A stretch of 64,000 nucleotides of DNA, from contig CAYHEN010000001.1 of NCBI GenBank assembly GCA_964355745.1, forward strand, positions 17 to 64,016. The letters run 5' to 3'. This document shows positions 39,697 through 50,008 of the stretch, in pieces; position 1 is the stretch's first letter; every line of letters begins with the position of its first letter. The stretch is from Candidatus Woesearchaeota archaeon (GTDB taxonomy: Archaea; Nanobdellota; Nanobdellia; Pacearchaeales; GW2011-AR1). The notes under the pieces are model-generated. The model made no database searches. It was not told the origin of the DNA and worked only from the letters and a program-made list of their open reading frames with translations. The position numbers and the translations under genes are program-made.

Positions 39697-41241
39697 ATGA
39701 AAATAGTTTTAATTTCTACATTAACAGGTCCTTCAAACCTAGGGCTAGCAATCCTCTCTTCAGTCTTAAAAAAAGCAGGGTATGATGTAACTATGGTATT
39801 TATGGCAACAAATAAACTAACCAAAAACTCATATAATAAAAAAGAATTAAAACAATTAGAATTAATCTGTGAAGGCTGTGATTTAGTTGGGATTAGTTCA
39901 TTTACTGCAACATCCAAAAGAACAATTCAGATAATCGATTTTTTGAAGGGGAAAGTTCCAAATATGGTTTGGGGAGGAGTTCATGCCACTCTTTATCCAG
40001 AAGACTGTATTAAATATTGTGATATTGTATGTGTTGGTGAAGGAGAAGAAGCAATTTTAGATTTGGCAAAGGCAATTGAAAAAAACAAGCCAATTGATAA
40101 TATTAAAAATTTATGGATTAAAAAGGATAATAAAATAATAAGAAATCCAATTAGAAATATGATTAATGATTTGGATAAGATTCCTTTCCCAGATTTTGAG
40201 ATTGAAAAGCAATTTGTTCTAAAAAATGGGAAATTAAAGGGATTTGAAGAAAAAGATTTCGGCGGGCTGATAATATTTATGGCTGGTAGAGGTTGCCCTT
40301 ATGGATGTGACTATTGCAGCAATAATGTATTCAATAGGATATATGAGGGGAAAAGAGAATGCATAGTAAGAAAACACAGTATTGATTATGTTATTGATGT
40401 ATTGGCTTATATAAAGAACAAATTTCCAAATGTTAAAAATTTAGAGATTTCCGATGATTCATTTTCTCTCAGACCAATCAAAGAAATAAAAGAATTTGGT
40501 GAGAAATACAAAAAGAGAGTTGGTTTAAAATTCTATTGTTTAATTGACGCAAGAACTCTCACAGAAGAAAAAGCCAAGTTATTAGTTGATGCTGGATGCC
40601 AGATGGTTACAATAGGGATTCAAAGTTCAGAGAGGGTTAATAGACAAGTTTATCACAGGTATATAACAGATGAAGATGTACTTAGGAGTTCTAAAATATT
40701 AAAAAGTGTAAGTAAAAATTTAGCAACTACTTATGATATTATAACCTGTAATCCTTATGAAAAGCCGGAAGATATAATCGCTTTAATTAATCTTTTGAGA
40801 AAAATACCAAAGCCTTATCGTCTTTCAGTTAGTGCTCTTCTTTATTTTCCAGGAACCAATATAACTAATCGTGCCTTAAAAGACAAATTAATAACTGAAA
40901 AAGACTTATTCCAAGAAGATACTCCTGACAGGATGGGATTTCTTTTGAAGAGAAAAAAGAATCTGTACCTTAATTTAATTTCTACTTTAATGGGTGGGCT
41001 TGCTATAGACAATAAAGTAGGGTTAATTAATGATTCTTGGTTTGATTATCTTCTTGATGAAAAAAGGATTGAGAAGAATTTAAAAAATCCTTTTTTTGTT
41101 ATTTTGTTTATAAGATTCTTTAGAGTTCGTGATTTTGTTAGAAATAATATAGTAAAGAAAATTATTCCAGAATCATTTAAAAGAAGATATATAGAAATCA
41201 GGCTTAAAAATAAAATTCTATACAATCCAGTTCAAAACTAA
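39697..41241 (+). CDS. B12-binding radical SAM enzyme (paralog of 15932-17470)
   Basis: GGVHAT, GEGE, GRGCPYGCDYCSN. Confidence 0.9.
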   Translation: MKIVLISTLTGPSNLGLAILSSVLKKAGYDVTMVFMATNKLTKNSYNKKELKQLELICEGCDLVGISSFTATSKRTIQIIDFLKGKVPNMVWGGVHATLYPEDCIKYCDIVCVGEGEEAILDLAKAIEKNKPIDNIKNLWIKKDNKIIRNPIRNMINDLDKIPFPDFEIEKQFVLKNGKLKGFEEKDFGGLIIFMAGRGCPYGCDYCSNNVFNRIYEGKRECIVRKHSIDYVIDVLAYIKNKFPNVKNLEISDDSFSLRPIKEIKEFGEKYKKRVGLKFYCLIDARTLTEEKAKLLVDAGCQMVTIGIQSSERVNRQVYHRYITDEDVLRSSKILKSVSKNLATTYDIITCNPYEKPEDIIALINLLRKIPKPYRLSVSALLYFPGTNITNRALKDKLITEKDLFQEDTPDRMGFLLKRKKNLYLNLISTLMGGLAIDNKVGLINDSWFDYLLDEKRIEKNLKNPFFVILFIRFFRVRDFVRNNIVKKIIPESFKRRYIEIRLKNKILYNPVQN

Positions 41242-41304
41242 GTCTCAAAGAGAAAAAGGGTGAAAGAAAATGTCTATTACGCAATTTCTATCTTCATTCT
41301 TAAT

Positions 41305-42840
41305 TTAGGTTCTAGTTATCTTTCTTTTAAATATCCTTAATATTTCAAAATCATTTCTGTCTAAACTCTTTGTTACAAGAATTAATAAAATATACAATAG
41401 AATAAAAAAAGAACCGAGCAAAATTATTGAGATTAAATTAATAGAAAAAAATTGTCTAACATAAAGGAGTATTATAGAAGGAATTGCTACTGAAATTAAT
41501 ATCCGAATCATTTTCCTCCTTATAGGAACTATATTAATGTAATATTTAACCTGAAAGAAAAGAATTATATTAAGGAGGATGTAACTTATTGTTGTAGAAA
41601 ATGCTGCTCCATTAATTCCATATTTTGGAATAAGCAAGATATTTAATACGAAATTAAAAACAGAGAGGATTATTATATCTATTAAAGATATTTTAGATTT
41701 TCCAATAACCAATATCAGATTTTCTGAGATTTGTGTCATAGAACAGAACAAAAAACCCACTGATAAAATCTTAAGAGCCTGTTCTGCTGCCATATACTGT
41801 TCACCAAAGAGAATATTGATAAATGCACCAGAAAATAAAAACATAAGGGAAAAGAAAGGAAGGTTTATGATTAATATCCATTTTTGAATTTGCTTGCTCA
41901 ATTCTCTCATGACTTCAATCTTTTTTTCAGAAAATTCTCTAATAACCATTGGAAAGAGAATCTGCAAGAATAAAGAGGGTACAAAAACCATTAAAGAAGC
42001 GATTGGAAAGGCGGCATTATAAATACCTACATCAGAAGAACCCTTAAAGAATCCTATAACTGAAGAATCCGTATATGCAAAAAGATCGAATAGGATGTTT
42101 GAAAAAATGAGAGGTATAGAATATAAGAAAAATTTACTTTTTATCTGTTTTTTTATTTTTTCTTTTAGAATATAACTTTTAAAAATTTCTGGAAGTTTAT
42201 ATCTGCAGTAGAGATAAGCCACAAAGAAAACTGTTAAGATGCCTATCAGGTAAGAAAGGGCTACTGAATTAGCTTTTACCCCAAAGAAAATGAGCAAGAG
42301 AAGAGAAACTAATTTAATTAAGGTCTGGAAAAATTCTGATATAAAAGAATGTACTTTTATTTTTTCAAATCCCCTTATTAAACAAAGAAAAACAGAACCA
42401 ATCATGTAAAAAGGCATTGCAATGCTTAATATTTTGAGAAAAATGATTAGATTTGGCTCATGGAAGAGATTAATAGAAATAAATTCTGAGGAAAAAAATA
42501 GAATTAAACTAAAGAAAATGCTTGATAGAGTTAATATTAAAACAGAAAATCTAAAAATGTACCTAATATTATTGATTTTTTTTGTACCCCTGTAAAAAGG
42601 AATAAATCTCAAAAGCCCTTCAAAAAATCCAAAAGAAGAGATAGATACAGCAAATAAGAAAACTATAGAAGCAAGGGAGAAAGTACCATAAACTGCAGGT
42701 CCAAAATTTCTAGCAATAACTATCCTGTAAAAGTAAAAGAGAACCTTAGAAAACAGAACTGTAACAAAGATAAAAACAGAAGTCTTTGCAATTATCTTTA
42801 AAGAATCGTCTATATCTTCATCTTTTGATTTTTTATTCAT
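41305..42840 (-). CDS. Wzx/MOP-family oligosaccharide flippase
   Basis: About 14 TM segments; RNFGPAVYG, DVGIYNAA, LIPKYGINGAA. Confidence 0.9.
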   Translation of the reverse strand: MNKKSKDEDIDDSLKIIAKTSVFIFVTVLFSKVLFYFYRIVIARNFGPAVYGTFSLASIVFLFAVSISSFGFFEGLLRFIPFYRGTKKINNIRYIFRFSVLILTLSSIFFSLILFFSSEFISINLFHEPNLIIFLKILSIAMPFYMIGSVFLCLIRGFEKIKVHSFISEFFQTLIKLVSLLLLIFFGVKANSVALSYLIGILTVFFVAYLYCRYKLPEIFKSYILKEKIKKQIKSKFFLYSIPLIFSNILFDLFAYTDSSVIGFFKGSSDVGIYNAAFPIASLMVFVPSLFLQILFPMVIREFSEKKIEVMRELSKQIQKWILIINLPFFSLMFLFSGAFINILFGEQYMAAEQALKILSVGFLFCSMTQISENLILVIGKSKISLIDIIILSVFNFVLNILLIPKYGINGAAFSTTISYILLNIILFFQVKYYINIVPIRRKMIRILISVAIPSIILLYVRQFFSINLISIILLGSFFILLYILLILVTKSLDRNDFEILRIFKRKITRT

Positions 42841-42870
42841 TAGATAATTATAGGGGATATCTTTTTAAAT

Positions 42871-43950
42871 TTAGCCCGAATATTTTAATTCATCTATAAT
42901 CTTACTTAATTTTTCAAAAAGAGGGGTTGGATTCATTTTTCTCTTAAATAAACTCTTTAAAAAATTCATGTCATAAATATAAATTTGACCGCCATATTCT
43001 CCTCCTAAAACTCTTTTCCGAGCAAAATTATCCTCTAAATCAGAAGAATTAGATTCCAAAATAGGTTTCGGTTTTCCTTTAAACAGAATTTGATTTGGAA
43101 AACTAGAACTGTCTATATAAAAATGACTATAAAGAATCATGTAATAAGCAGCTAAACATCTAAGAAAATTGTCGTCTTTTAGCCTTTTTTTTAAAATGTT
43201 AAATCTGTTTACTTCAGAAAGATTTCTTAATATCATAAAATGTGTAAGAAAATCATAAAGATTGTATGCCTTTTTCATTAAGAAATTTTTTAAAAATCTC
43301 TCATTGCCATATTTTTCTATATATTGATTAAAAACAGGATAATTTTTTAAAAAGGGGTAAACAAACCTTCTTATATGAGTAGTATCTGGACCGAGATAAT
43401 TTTCTTTGTCAAAGGAAAAATCATAATTAACTAAAAGAACCAAATCCTCTCTATATCCAAAAAAACATTCATCGCCCATAAAGAAAGGTTTAGTCATTTC
43501 AAACCAAGGAGCCCATATTTTGTATTTGAATATATTCCCTTTAGGTAAGGAGTATAATATTTCAAGAATTTTCTCTTTTTCAGAAAATAATTTTTCTAAA
43601 AATTTAGGTTCTATGTATACATCTGTGCGAGTTTTTAATACAAATTTGTCTTTAGATACCTTGTTTAATCCAGCCTCTAGAGATTTCATCTGACACCATA
43701 CGTTTCCATCTCCCCTATCTATTGGCTCTTCGCTTTCCACTACTAAAACTTTTTTACTTTTCAGAAAAGAAGAGAGTTCTGGAGTTTTTTGGACTTCTCC
43801 TTTCCATGTTGATAGGATGATTTTAGCTACGAGCCATTTCTTACGCAACGAAGTTAAATCTTCAATGGTCTTTTTGAATGAATCTAATTCTCTTATCAGC
43901 CCACAAAAAACCACATCTACTGGTTTAACTTTTTTATTTTTTAGGGTCAT
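42871..43950 (-). CDS. WavE-like glycan-associated protein
   Basis: IILSTW...N...QMKSLEAGL...LKTRTD...F.MGD..FG resembles the WavE LPS-synthesis family. Confidence 0.55.
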   Translation of the reverse strand: MTLKNKKVKPVDVVFCGLIRELDSFKKTIEDLTSLRKKWLVAKIILSTWKGEVQKTPELSSFLKSKKVLVVESEEPIDRGDGNVWCQMKSLEAGLNKVSKDKFVLKTRTDVYIEPKFLEKLFSEKEKILEILYSLPKGNIFKYKIWAPWFEMTKPFFMGDECFFGYREDLVLLVNYDFSFDKENYLGPDTTHIRRFVYPFLKNYPVFNQYIEKYGNERFLKNFLMKKAYNLYDFLTHFMILRNLSEVNRFNILKKRLKDDNFLRCLAAYYMILYSHFYIDSSSFPNQILFKGKPKPILESNSSDLEDNFARKRVLGGEYGGQIYIYDMNFLKSLFKRKMNPTPLFEKLSKIIDELKYSG

Positions 43951-44057
43951 TTTTTATATCTGTTGATAATTATTTATAAATTTATGGATATAAAAATTTA
44001 TAAAAAAGGATTTTCAATAAAATACATCGAAAATTAAATTTTTTTATAGTCAATAAT

Positions 44058-45668
44058 ATGAAAAATTACGAAATACTGATGATTGTACCCAGATATGAAT
44101 CAACTAATAAAAAGAGGTATAATTACTTTTTTCCAATTGGTTTAGGGTATATTGTGGCAGTTTTAAAAAAGGCAGGGTATTCTGTAGATTGTTTAAATCT
44201 AAATCACGAAAAAGGAGCTTCAGAAGAAATAATAAAAAATTATTTAGATAAAAAAGAATATAACTTTGTTTGTACGGGGAATAATGCTTTAGGTTATAAA
44301 ATTACGAGAAAGATAATTAATTCTGCTAGGGCACACAAATCAAATCCAAAGATAATCCTTGGAGGACCTCTTATAACCAGTGAACCAGATTTGATATTTA
44401 AGGACCTTCGTCCTGATTTTGGGGTTATCGGAGAGGGAGAGGGAACTATTGTAGAAATTTTAGAATATTTAAAAAAAAATAAGCCATTGAAAGAAGTTAG
44501 AGGGTTAATGTATTGGGAAGATGATAAAGCCATATTAACTGAAAAAAGAGTATCATTAAATATTGATTCTATCCCTTTTCCTGATTTTGACGCTTTGGGG
44601 TTTAAAGAATATTTAGATAATTCTGCCCCAAATTATTCTTATATGCATAGTGTCTTTGATAATCCTAGAACTTACTATATTGTTGGTAGTCGTTCATGCC
44701 CCTTCCAATGCACTTTCTGCTGGCATTATGATAATAAATACAGACAAAGGTCAATTGATAATATAATGAAAGAATTAGAAGAAAGAGTAAAAAGATACAG
44801 AATTAATAGGATTTATATATTAGACGAATGTTTCTCAATAGATAAAAAGAGATTGGTTGAATTCTGTAAAAGAATTTCTAAATTAAAGAAAGAAATCTCT
44901 TGGGAATTAAGATGGATTAATTCCTCAAAAGTAAGCGATGTTGATGAAGATATTTTAAGAATGTTGAAAGAATCTGGCTGCGATATTATAAGTTATGGGT
45001 TTGAAAGTTATAGTCTGATAATTCTTAAAGGCATGAAGAAAATGATTACTCCAGAACAAATTGACAACGCTATTAAAAAAACCTATAACGCGAAAATTGC
45101 GATACAGGGTAATTTTATTTTTGGTGATATTGCAGAGACTAAAGAAACAGCATACGAAACTCTCAATTATTGGAAGGAAAATTGCGAGGGGCAACCGTAT
45201 CTAGCATTCATAATGCCATTTCCAAACAGTGAGATATACAGGTCTTGTTTAGAAAGAGGAATAATAAAAGATAAGTTAGAATTTATAAAAAATTTGGAGG
45301 GAGAATTCATAATGAAAATGACAGATAAGATGACAGATGAAGAATTCAACCAACTAAAAGAAGACATACTAAAAGCACTTGCTAAGTATAATAGAATAGT
45401 AAAACCGATATCAATCAAAAAGATAAAAGGTAAAAGATATGAATTGGAAGTAAAATGCCCTTATTGTAATCAAATAATAGAGTATAGGAATTTTTTAATT
45501 AAAAGTAAACTTTATTATCTTCTTTATGTAATGTGTAAAGATTGTTCTAAAAAATTTCATATAGGAAATAGTTTAACCGTATTTTTATATAAAAATTATG
45601 ATAAAGCAAAAAAGTTAAGAACCATGAAAGATAAAGTAGCAGGTTATATCAGGAAGATGAAACAATAA
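44058..45668 (+). CDS. B12-binding radical SAM enzyme with C-terminal Zn-ribbon-like motif
   Basis: PIGLGYI, GGP, GEGE; SRSCPFQCTFC; C-terminal CPYC...CKDC. Confidence 0.88.
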   Translation: MKNYEILMIVPRYESTNKKRYNYFFPIGLGYIVAVLKKAGYSVDCLNLNHEKGASEEIIKNYLDKKEYNFVCTGNNALGYKITRKIINSARAHKSNPKIILGGPLITSEPDLIFKDLRPDFGVIGEGEGTIVEILEYLKKNKPLKEVRGLMYWEDDKAILTEKRVSLNIDSIPFPDFDALGFKEYLDNSAPNYSYMHSVFDNPRTYYIVGSRSCPFQCTFCWHYDNKYRQRSIDNIMKELEERVKRYRINRIYILDECFSIDKKRLVEFCKRISKLKKEISWELRWINSSKVSDVDEDILRMLKESGCDIISYGFESYSLIILKGMKKMITPEQIDNAIKKTYNAKIAIQGNFIFGDIAETKETAYETLNYWKENCEGQPYLAFIMPFPNSEIYRSCLERGIIKDKLEFIKNLEGEFIMKMTDKMTDEEFNQLKEDILKALAKYNRIVKPISIKKIKGKRYELEVKCPYCNQIIEYRNFLIKSKLYYLLYVMCKDCSKKFHIGNSLTVFLYKNYDKAKKLRTMKDKVAGYIRKMKQ

Positions 45669-45669
45669 A

Positions 45670-46425
45670 ATGAATATTATAGTCCCTCTTGCAGGCAAAG
45701 ATAAGAATTTTGAGAATAGAGGAATGATAAAACCTTTAACAAAAATCAGAGGCAAGGAAATAATAAAATGGATTTCTGAATCAAGACCTTTCCCTTACGA
45801 AAATGCGATCTTCGTTGTTTTAAGAGAACATCAGGAACAATATAGCATAATAGATGAATTAAAAAGGCTATTTGGAGAGAGGATAAAGATTGTTATTGCT
45901 GAACAAATGACAGAAGGTTCTCCTCAATCCATTCTCCTTGCAAAGCCTTTAATTGACAACAACGAAGAGCTTTTAATTGATTTGGGAGATCAGTATCTTG
46001 ACTTAACAGAGTTTGAGCAAGTTATGCATAAAGAATTTATGAAATCAGATGAAAAAAGATATGATGGAATCATTCCTACTTTCAAGGCTTATTATTGGAA
46101 TCAAGGATATATGATTATCGGAGAAGATGGTTTTGTGAGAAAAATCTCTGAAAAGGATCCTGTTCCAATTTCTAACGATTCCACTGCTTGTATTTCTTAT
46201 TTCAAGAAGGGCTCTCACTTTGTGAAATATGCTCAACAAATGATTGCTAAAAAAAGAACAGCAGTAAATGGGGTTTACCTGCCGAGTTTGACTTACAACG
46301 AAATGATTGAAGATGGAAAGAAGATCGTTACTTGTCCATGCGAGATGATTGTTAATCTTGGGAAGATAGAGGGTGTTGATGTATTTGAACAAATAAACAG
46401 GCCTTTGAAATGGAAACAGAAATAA
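45670..46425 (+). CDS. BcbE-like GT-A nucleotidyltransferase-fold protein
   Basis: IIVPLAG...F...KPL, TEG, EK..ISN, YFKKG. Confidence 0.75.
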   Translation: MNIIVPLAGKDKNFENRGMIKPLTKIRGKEIIKWISESRPFPYENAIFVVLREHQEQYSIIDELKRLFGERIKIVIAEQMTEGSPQSILLAKPLIDNNEELLIDLGDQYLDLTEFEQVMHKEFMKSDEKRYDGIIPTFKAYYWNQGYMIIGEDGFVRKISEKDPVPISNDSTACISYFKKGSHFVKYAQQMIAKKRTAVNGVYLPSLTYNEMIEDGKKIVTCPCEMIVNLGKIEGVDVFEQINRPLKWKQK

Positions 46426-47153
46426 TCTTACATAGAGGATATAAAGGAAAACATTTAGAAAACAGCAGAGTTGCTTTTGAAAATGCTATAAGAGAATGTA
46501 TGTCTTTTGAGACAGATATAAGAGTCAGCAAAGACGGAAAATGTTTTCTAATTCATGATGAATACTTGGAAAGGCTTCTTGGCATTTCAGGAAGAGTACA
46601 AGATTACAATGCTGAAAGATTAAGAAACATGAAATATATTGGAGATTCTTCTTCTTTGGTTTTGTTTGACGAATTAATAAATTTAATTAAAAAAAATAAA
46701 GAAAATTCTGGTAAAATTTTTATTCATATCAAACAATTAAACGATATTCCTTATGTTATGCACTCTTTAGATGGAAATTTAAAAGAAAAATTAAGATTTT
46801 TTGCCTGTGATGATATTACTAAAGGATTAGTAAACTTAATCAGAGAAAATTATCCAGGATATATTGTAGGATTGCATGTTGCTGAAGATTCTCCTTATAA
46901 AAATGAAGAACATTTTAAGAAGGCAGATTTTATCTGGACCGATGAAATTAAAAAGAAAAGCATAAATTCTCGATTAGTTAGACTTGCTAATAGCACAGAA
47001 AAGCCAATATATGTTATCTCGCCAGAATTAATCCCTGAATCTGTATTTAATAAAGACATTCAAAAAAGGTGGAGAGAGTTTGTTGCAATGAATGTAAACG
47101 GAATCTGTACAGACAAACCAATTGAACTTATGAATTTCTTAAGGAAGAACTAA
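46410..47153 (+). CDS. Glycerophosphodiester phosphodiesterase family protein
   Basis: HRG...EN, ETDIR.SKDG...HD, GICTD. Confidence 0.85.
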   Translation: METEIILHRGYKGKHLENSRVAFENAIRECMSFETDIRVSKDGKCFLIHDEYLERLLGISGRVQDYNAERLRNMKYIGDSSSLVLFDELINLIKKNKENSGKIFIHIKQLNDIPYVMHSLDGNLKEKLRFFACDDITKGLVNLIRENYPGYIVGLHVAEDSPYKNEEHFKKADFIWTDEIKKKSINSRLVRLANSTEKPIYVISPELIPESVFNKDIQKRWREFVAMNVNGICTDKPIELMNFLRKN

Positions 47154-47893
47154 TTCTTTTTTTTAAAGAATATTAAATCACAAGCAGAAGGACATCCTTC
47201 AATATATCCTAACTCTCTTTGTACGAATCCGATAAAGCCATATTTCTCTAATAAAGGAATGAGATTCCCTAACTTCATCTGCTTTTTATGAAAGTCTTTA
47301 AAGAACCATTCAATTTGCAGAACATCTACTTCTTTTAATCTGTTACCAAATCCTCTGAGAACATTGGTTTCTGCTCCTTCCACGTCAATTTTGACGAAAC
47401 AAGGTCTTTCTATTGAGATTTTTAGTTTATCAAACCTTTTCTGTTGTAATCTTACTTCAGAAAGTTTGTCTTTAGCCCCAATGTATTTTGTATAATTTGT
47501 AAGAGGTTTTAGAAAAGAACTTGCGCCTGTATTCTCTCTATTCACATAAAACATGCTTTCTCCTTCCTTGTCCCATAACCCAAAATTAAAGGCAGTTACA
47601 TTTTTTATTTCCTTGATTATATTGTAAAATTTTATTTGGGGTTCAAATGCATATATTTTGGCCTTAGGGAAGATGTATTTTGCCGCTTTTATAAACAAAC
47701 CTTCATTAGCTCCGATATCAATTATTGTTTTAACTTCTCCAATTAAATCTTGGGTAGTAAGACAAGTATAACAGTGATTAGAATTTATTCCTTTAAATTT
47801 TCCCGTTAAAACTCGAGGATATTCTATAATTCTCTCAACTGTTCTGCTTAATCTCTTCAATTTTGAATTCATTTTAAAAGAATTCGGTGTCAT
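47150..47893 (-). CDS. FkbM-family methyltransferase
   Basis: DIGANEG, FEP, KIDVEGAE. Confidence 0.9.
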   Translation of the reverse strand: MTPNSFKMNSKLKRLSRTVERIIEYPRVLTGKFKGINSNHCYTCLTTQDLIGEVKTIIDIGANEGLFIKAAKYIFPKAKIYAFEPQIKFYNIIKEIKNVTAFNFGLWDKEGESMFYVNRENTGASSFLKPLTNYTKYIGAKDKLSEVRLQQKRFDKLKISIERPCFVKIDVEGAETNVLRGFGNRLKEVDVLQIEWFFKDFHKKQMKLGNLIPLLEKYGFIGFVQRELGYIEGCPSACDLIFFKKKN

Positions 47894-48648
47894 TTAAATT
47901 TTTTATTATTTCTTGATTCAAAAAAATCCAAAACCTTGTTTTTATTCTCAAAAAATTCTTCGGGAGCCCCTAACTGAAACATTTCGGCTATAGGATAATG
48001 AAGGATAGTCTTAAAATCCTGAATAAACTGATTGTAGACAGGAGCAGTATAAAATTCATTGTTTACTCTTATATTCTTTGCAATCATCCTTTCTGCATAC
48101 TTCACAAAGTCAGAGCCTTTCGCAAAATAATAAATTCCAACTGAACCATGGTTGCTTATCACTGATTTTTCTGCTGTTTCAATTATCTGCCCTTTTGAAT
48201 TTACCCTTGAAAAGCTATAATTTGGTCTGTCAGTATGAATATTCACGATTGCACCATCTGCCTTGTTTCTTTCTACAAACTCAAAGAAATGCTCTGGATT
48301 CCAGTTGATTATCTGGTCACAATCCTTTACAATCATCGAATTATCATCGTTAAAATAGTCCTTAGCCAGCAGAACAGTGCAAACAGCTCCCTGAGTTATT
48401 TCATTTATCTTTACTATTTTTGCGTTTGGCTCTATCTCTAAAAGTTTTTTGTCTAGCTGAAATTCATCACAATGATCTTGCCTTACAATAAAAATAAATT
48501 GTGCCTGAGGAACTTTCATAATGTCAATTATATGCTTAATAACCAAATCATCTCCTATCTTTAACAGGGGTTTTGGAGTCATATATCCTGCTTCAATAAA
48601 TCTCTGTCCTCTCCCTGCCATGGGAATAACAATATTTATTTTTTTCAT
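47890..48648 (-). CDS. BcbE-like GT-A nucleotidyltransferase-fold protein
   Basis: IPMAGRGQRF...PKPL, TQGAVCTV, DCDQ, EKSVISN, RVNNEFY. ATG 48648 overlaps the RLP stop. Confidence 0.85.
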   Translation of the reverse strand: MKKINIVIPMAGRGQRFIEAGYMTPKPLLKIGDDLVIKHIIDIMKVPQAQFIFIVRQDHCDEFQLDKKLLEIEPNAKIVKINEITQGAVCTVLLAKDYFNDDNSMIVKDCDQIINWNPEHFFEFVERNKADGAIVNIHTDRPNYSFSRVNSKGQIIETAEKSVISNHGSVGIYYFAKGSDFVKYAERMIAKNIRVNNEFYTAPVYNQFIQDFKTILHYPIAEMFQLGAPEEFFENKNKVLDFFESRNNKKFK

Positions 48649-49889
48649 TTCACATACCCCCACTTCTCAATTGCCAAATTTAATTCTATTTTATTTTTCA
48701 TAAATTTCTGAATATCTGCGCCTTGCTGATAACATTCAAATGCCTGTCGCATTGCTCTTGCTCCTGCTTCTGTTCCAAGAGGATGTCCCTGCATTGCTCC
48801 TCCTACATTCATCATTAAATCAGTCCCAAAATTGCCTATTGTTGTATTAACCAATCCAGGATGACTTCCGCATGATAAAGAAGGAACAGTCGGGTTGTAA
48901 GTATTTCCTTCTCTTAAAGATTCCATCACTCTTGACAGATCCTCTTTTGTATCAGAAAGATACCCCCCCCACATCCCTGCATGTATAAAATCAGAACCCA
49001 TCATTCTTGCTAATTTGCAAAGAACATTCCAGTCGATGCTGAAGTCATGTTTTTTATTTGTTATAACTTTGTCTCCGCTCTTCTGAAAGAAAATCGCACT
49101 TTTCAAATCCAAGTCTCTAAGAGTCCTATATGCTGAAAGTCCTGCCCAAAAATTTAAATGCAGTGCTTTTGCTCCATTTTCTGAAGCGAATTTTGCTCTT
49201 TCTAACAAATAAGGATAATCAGAATTTATACATGGAGCATAAAATATTTCTCTTTTCTGCTTTGCTGAAAATTCATTAACTATATCTGAAACTCTTTTTA
49301 CTCTCTCTTTAAACCTACAAAAATAAGGATTTCCCAAGATTTCATCTTCTTTAATAAAATCAACTCCTCCTGCTAACATTTCTTTAATCATCTCTTCTAA
49401 TTGAGAGACTGTAATCCCTGTTTTGGGTTTAACTATCCCCCCAAGCAGCGGCCTATCAACTGCTCCTGCTCTTCTTTTGATATCTTTTATCCCAAATTTT
49501 GGACCTTTGTACTCTTCTAAAAATTTCTTAGGAAAGCCGATATCAATAAGTCTGCAGGATTTAATTTCATCTATATCCATTTGCCCCCCCATAAGCGTGC
49601 ATAGTAATTGAGTTATCCCATCTTCATAAATATCAAAATTAATTAAAGGATAAGCAATCTGAACAATTCCGTTTGAAGGAGCAATTTCATTTACATTGAT
49701 AATTTTTGCTAAATTATTCTTGAATATTTCCGGAGAATCTCTCTGGGTTCTAATTTCTGGATTTCCGATTGACTGTCCTATTGCAATATCTTTTGTAGCC
49801 TTTGTTAGATCTTTGCTCCTAATTGAATACGTTGCAATAATATTTTCTTCTCCATCCACCTTAGATTGAAAGATATATTCGTCAATCAT
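48645..49889 (-). CDS. RuBisCO-like protein (form IV type, probably non-carboxylating)
   Basis: GPKFG, GGIVKPKTG, GVDFIKEDE, IHAG, GGAMQGHP.G. Several carboxylase residues are replaced (see findings). Confidence 0.9.
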   Translation of the reverse strand: MIDEYIFQSKVDGEENIIATYSIRSKDLTKATKDIAIGQSIGNPEIRTQRDSPEIFKNNLAKIINVNEIAPSNGIVQIAYPLINFDIYEDGITQLLCTLMGGQMDIDEIKSCRLIDIGFPKKFLEEYKGPKFGIKDIKRRAGAVDRPLLGGIVKPKTGITVSQLEEMIKEMLAGGVDFIKEDEILGNPYFCRFKERVKRVSDIVNEFSAKQKREIFYAPCINSDYPYLLERAKFASENGAKALHLNFWAGLSAYRTLRDLDLKSAIFFQKSGDKVITNKKHDFSIDWNVLCKLARMMGSDFIHAGMWGGYLSDTKEDLSRVMESLREGNTYNPTVPSLSCGSHPGLVNTTIGNFGTDLMMNVGGAMQGHPLGTEAGARAMRQAFECYQQGADIQKFMKNKIELNLAIEKWGYVK

Positions 49890-50008
49890 ACCTGAAACTG
49901 CGATTAAGAATTTATAAATATATATGCAATAATAAAGAATATTTCATATTTTTGAAGCATATTTCATAACAAAGAAATCTTTATAAAAAAGAAATTGTAG
50001 ACTTGTAA

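Noticed and set aside
48645..49889. Bona fide CO2-fixing form III RuBisCO
   Set aside because: The equivalents of E60, N123, H294 and K334 appear substituted, and no AMP phosphorylase or R15P isomerase is nearby.
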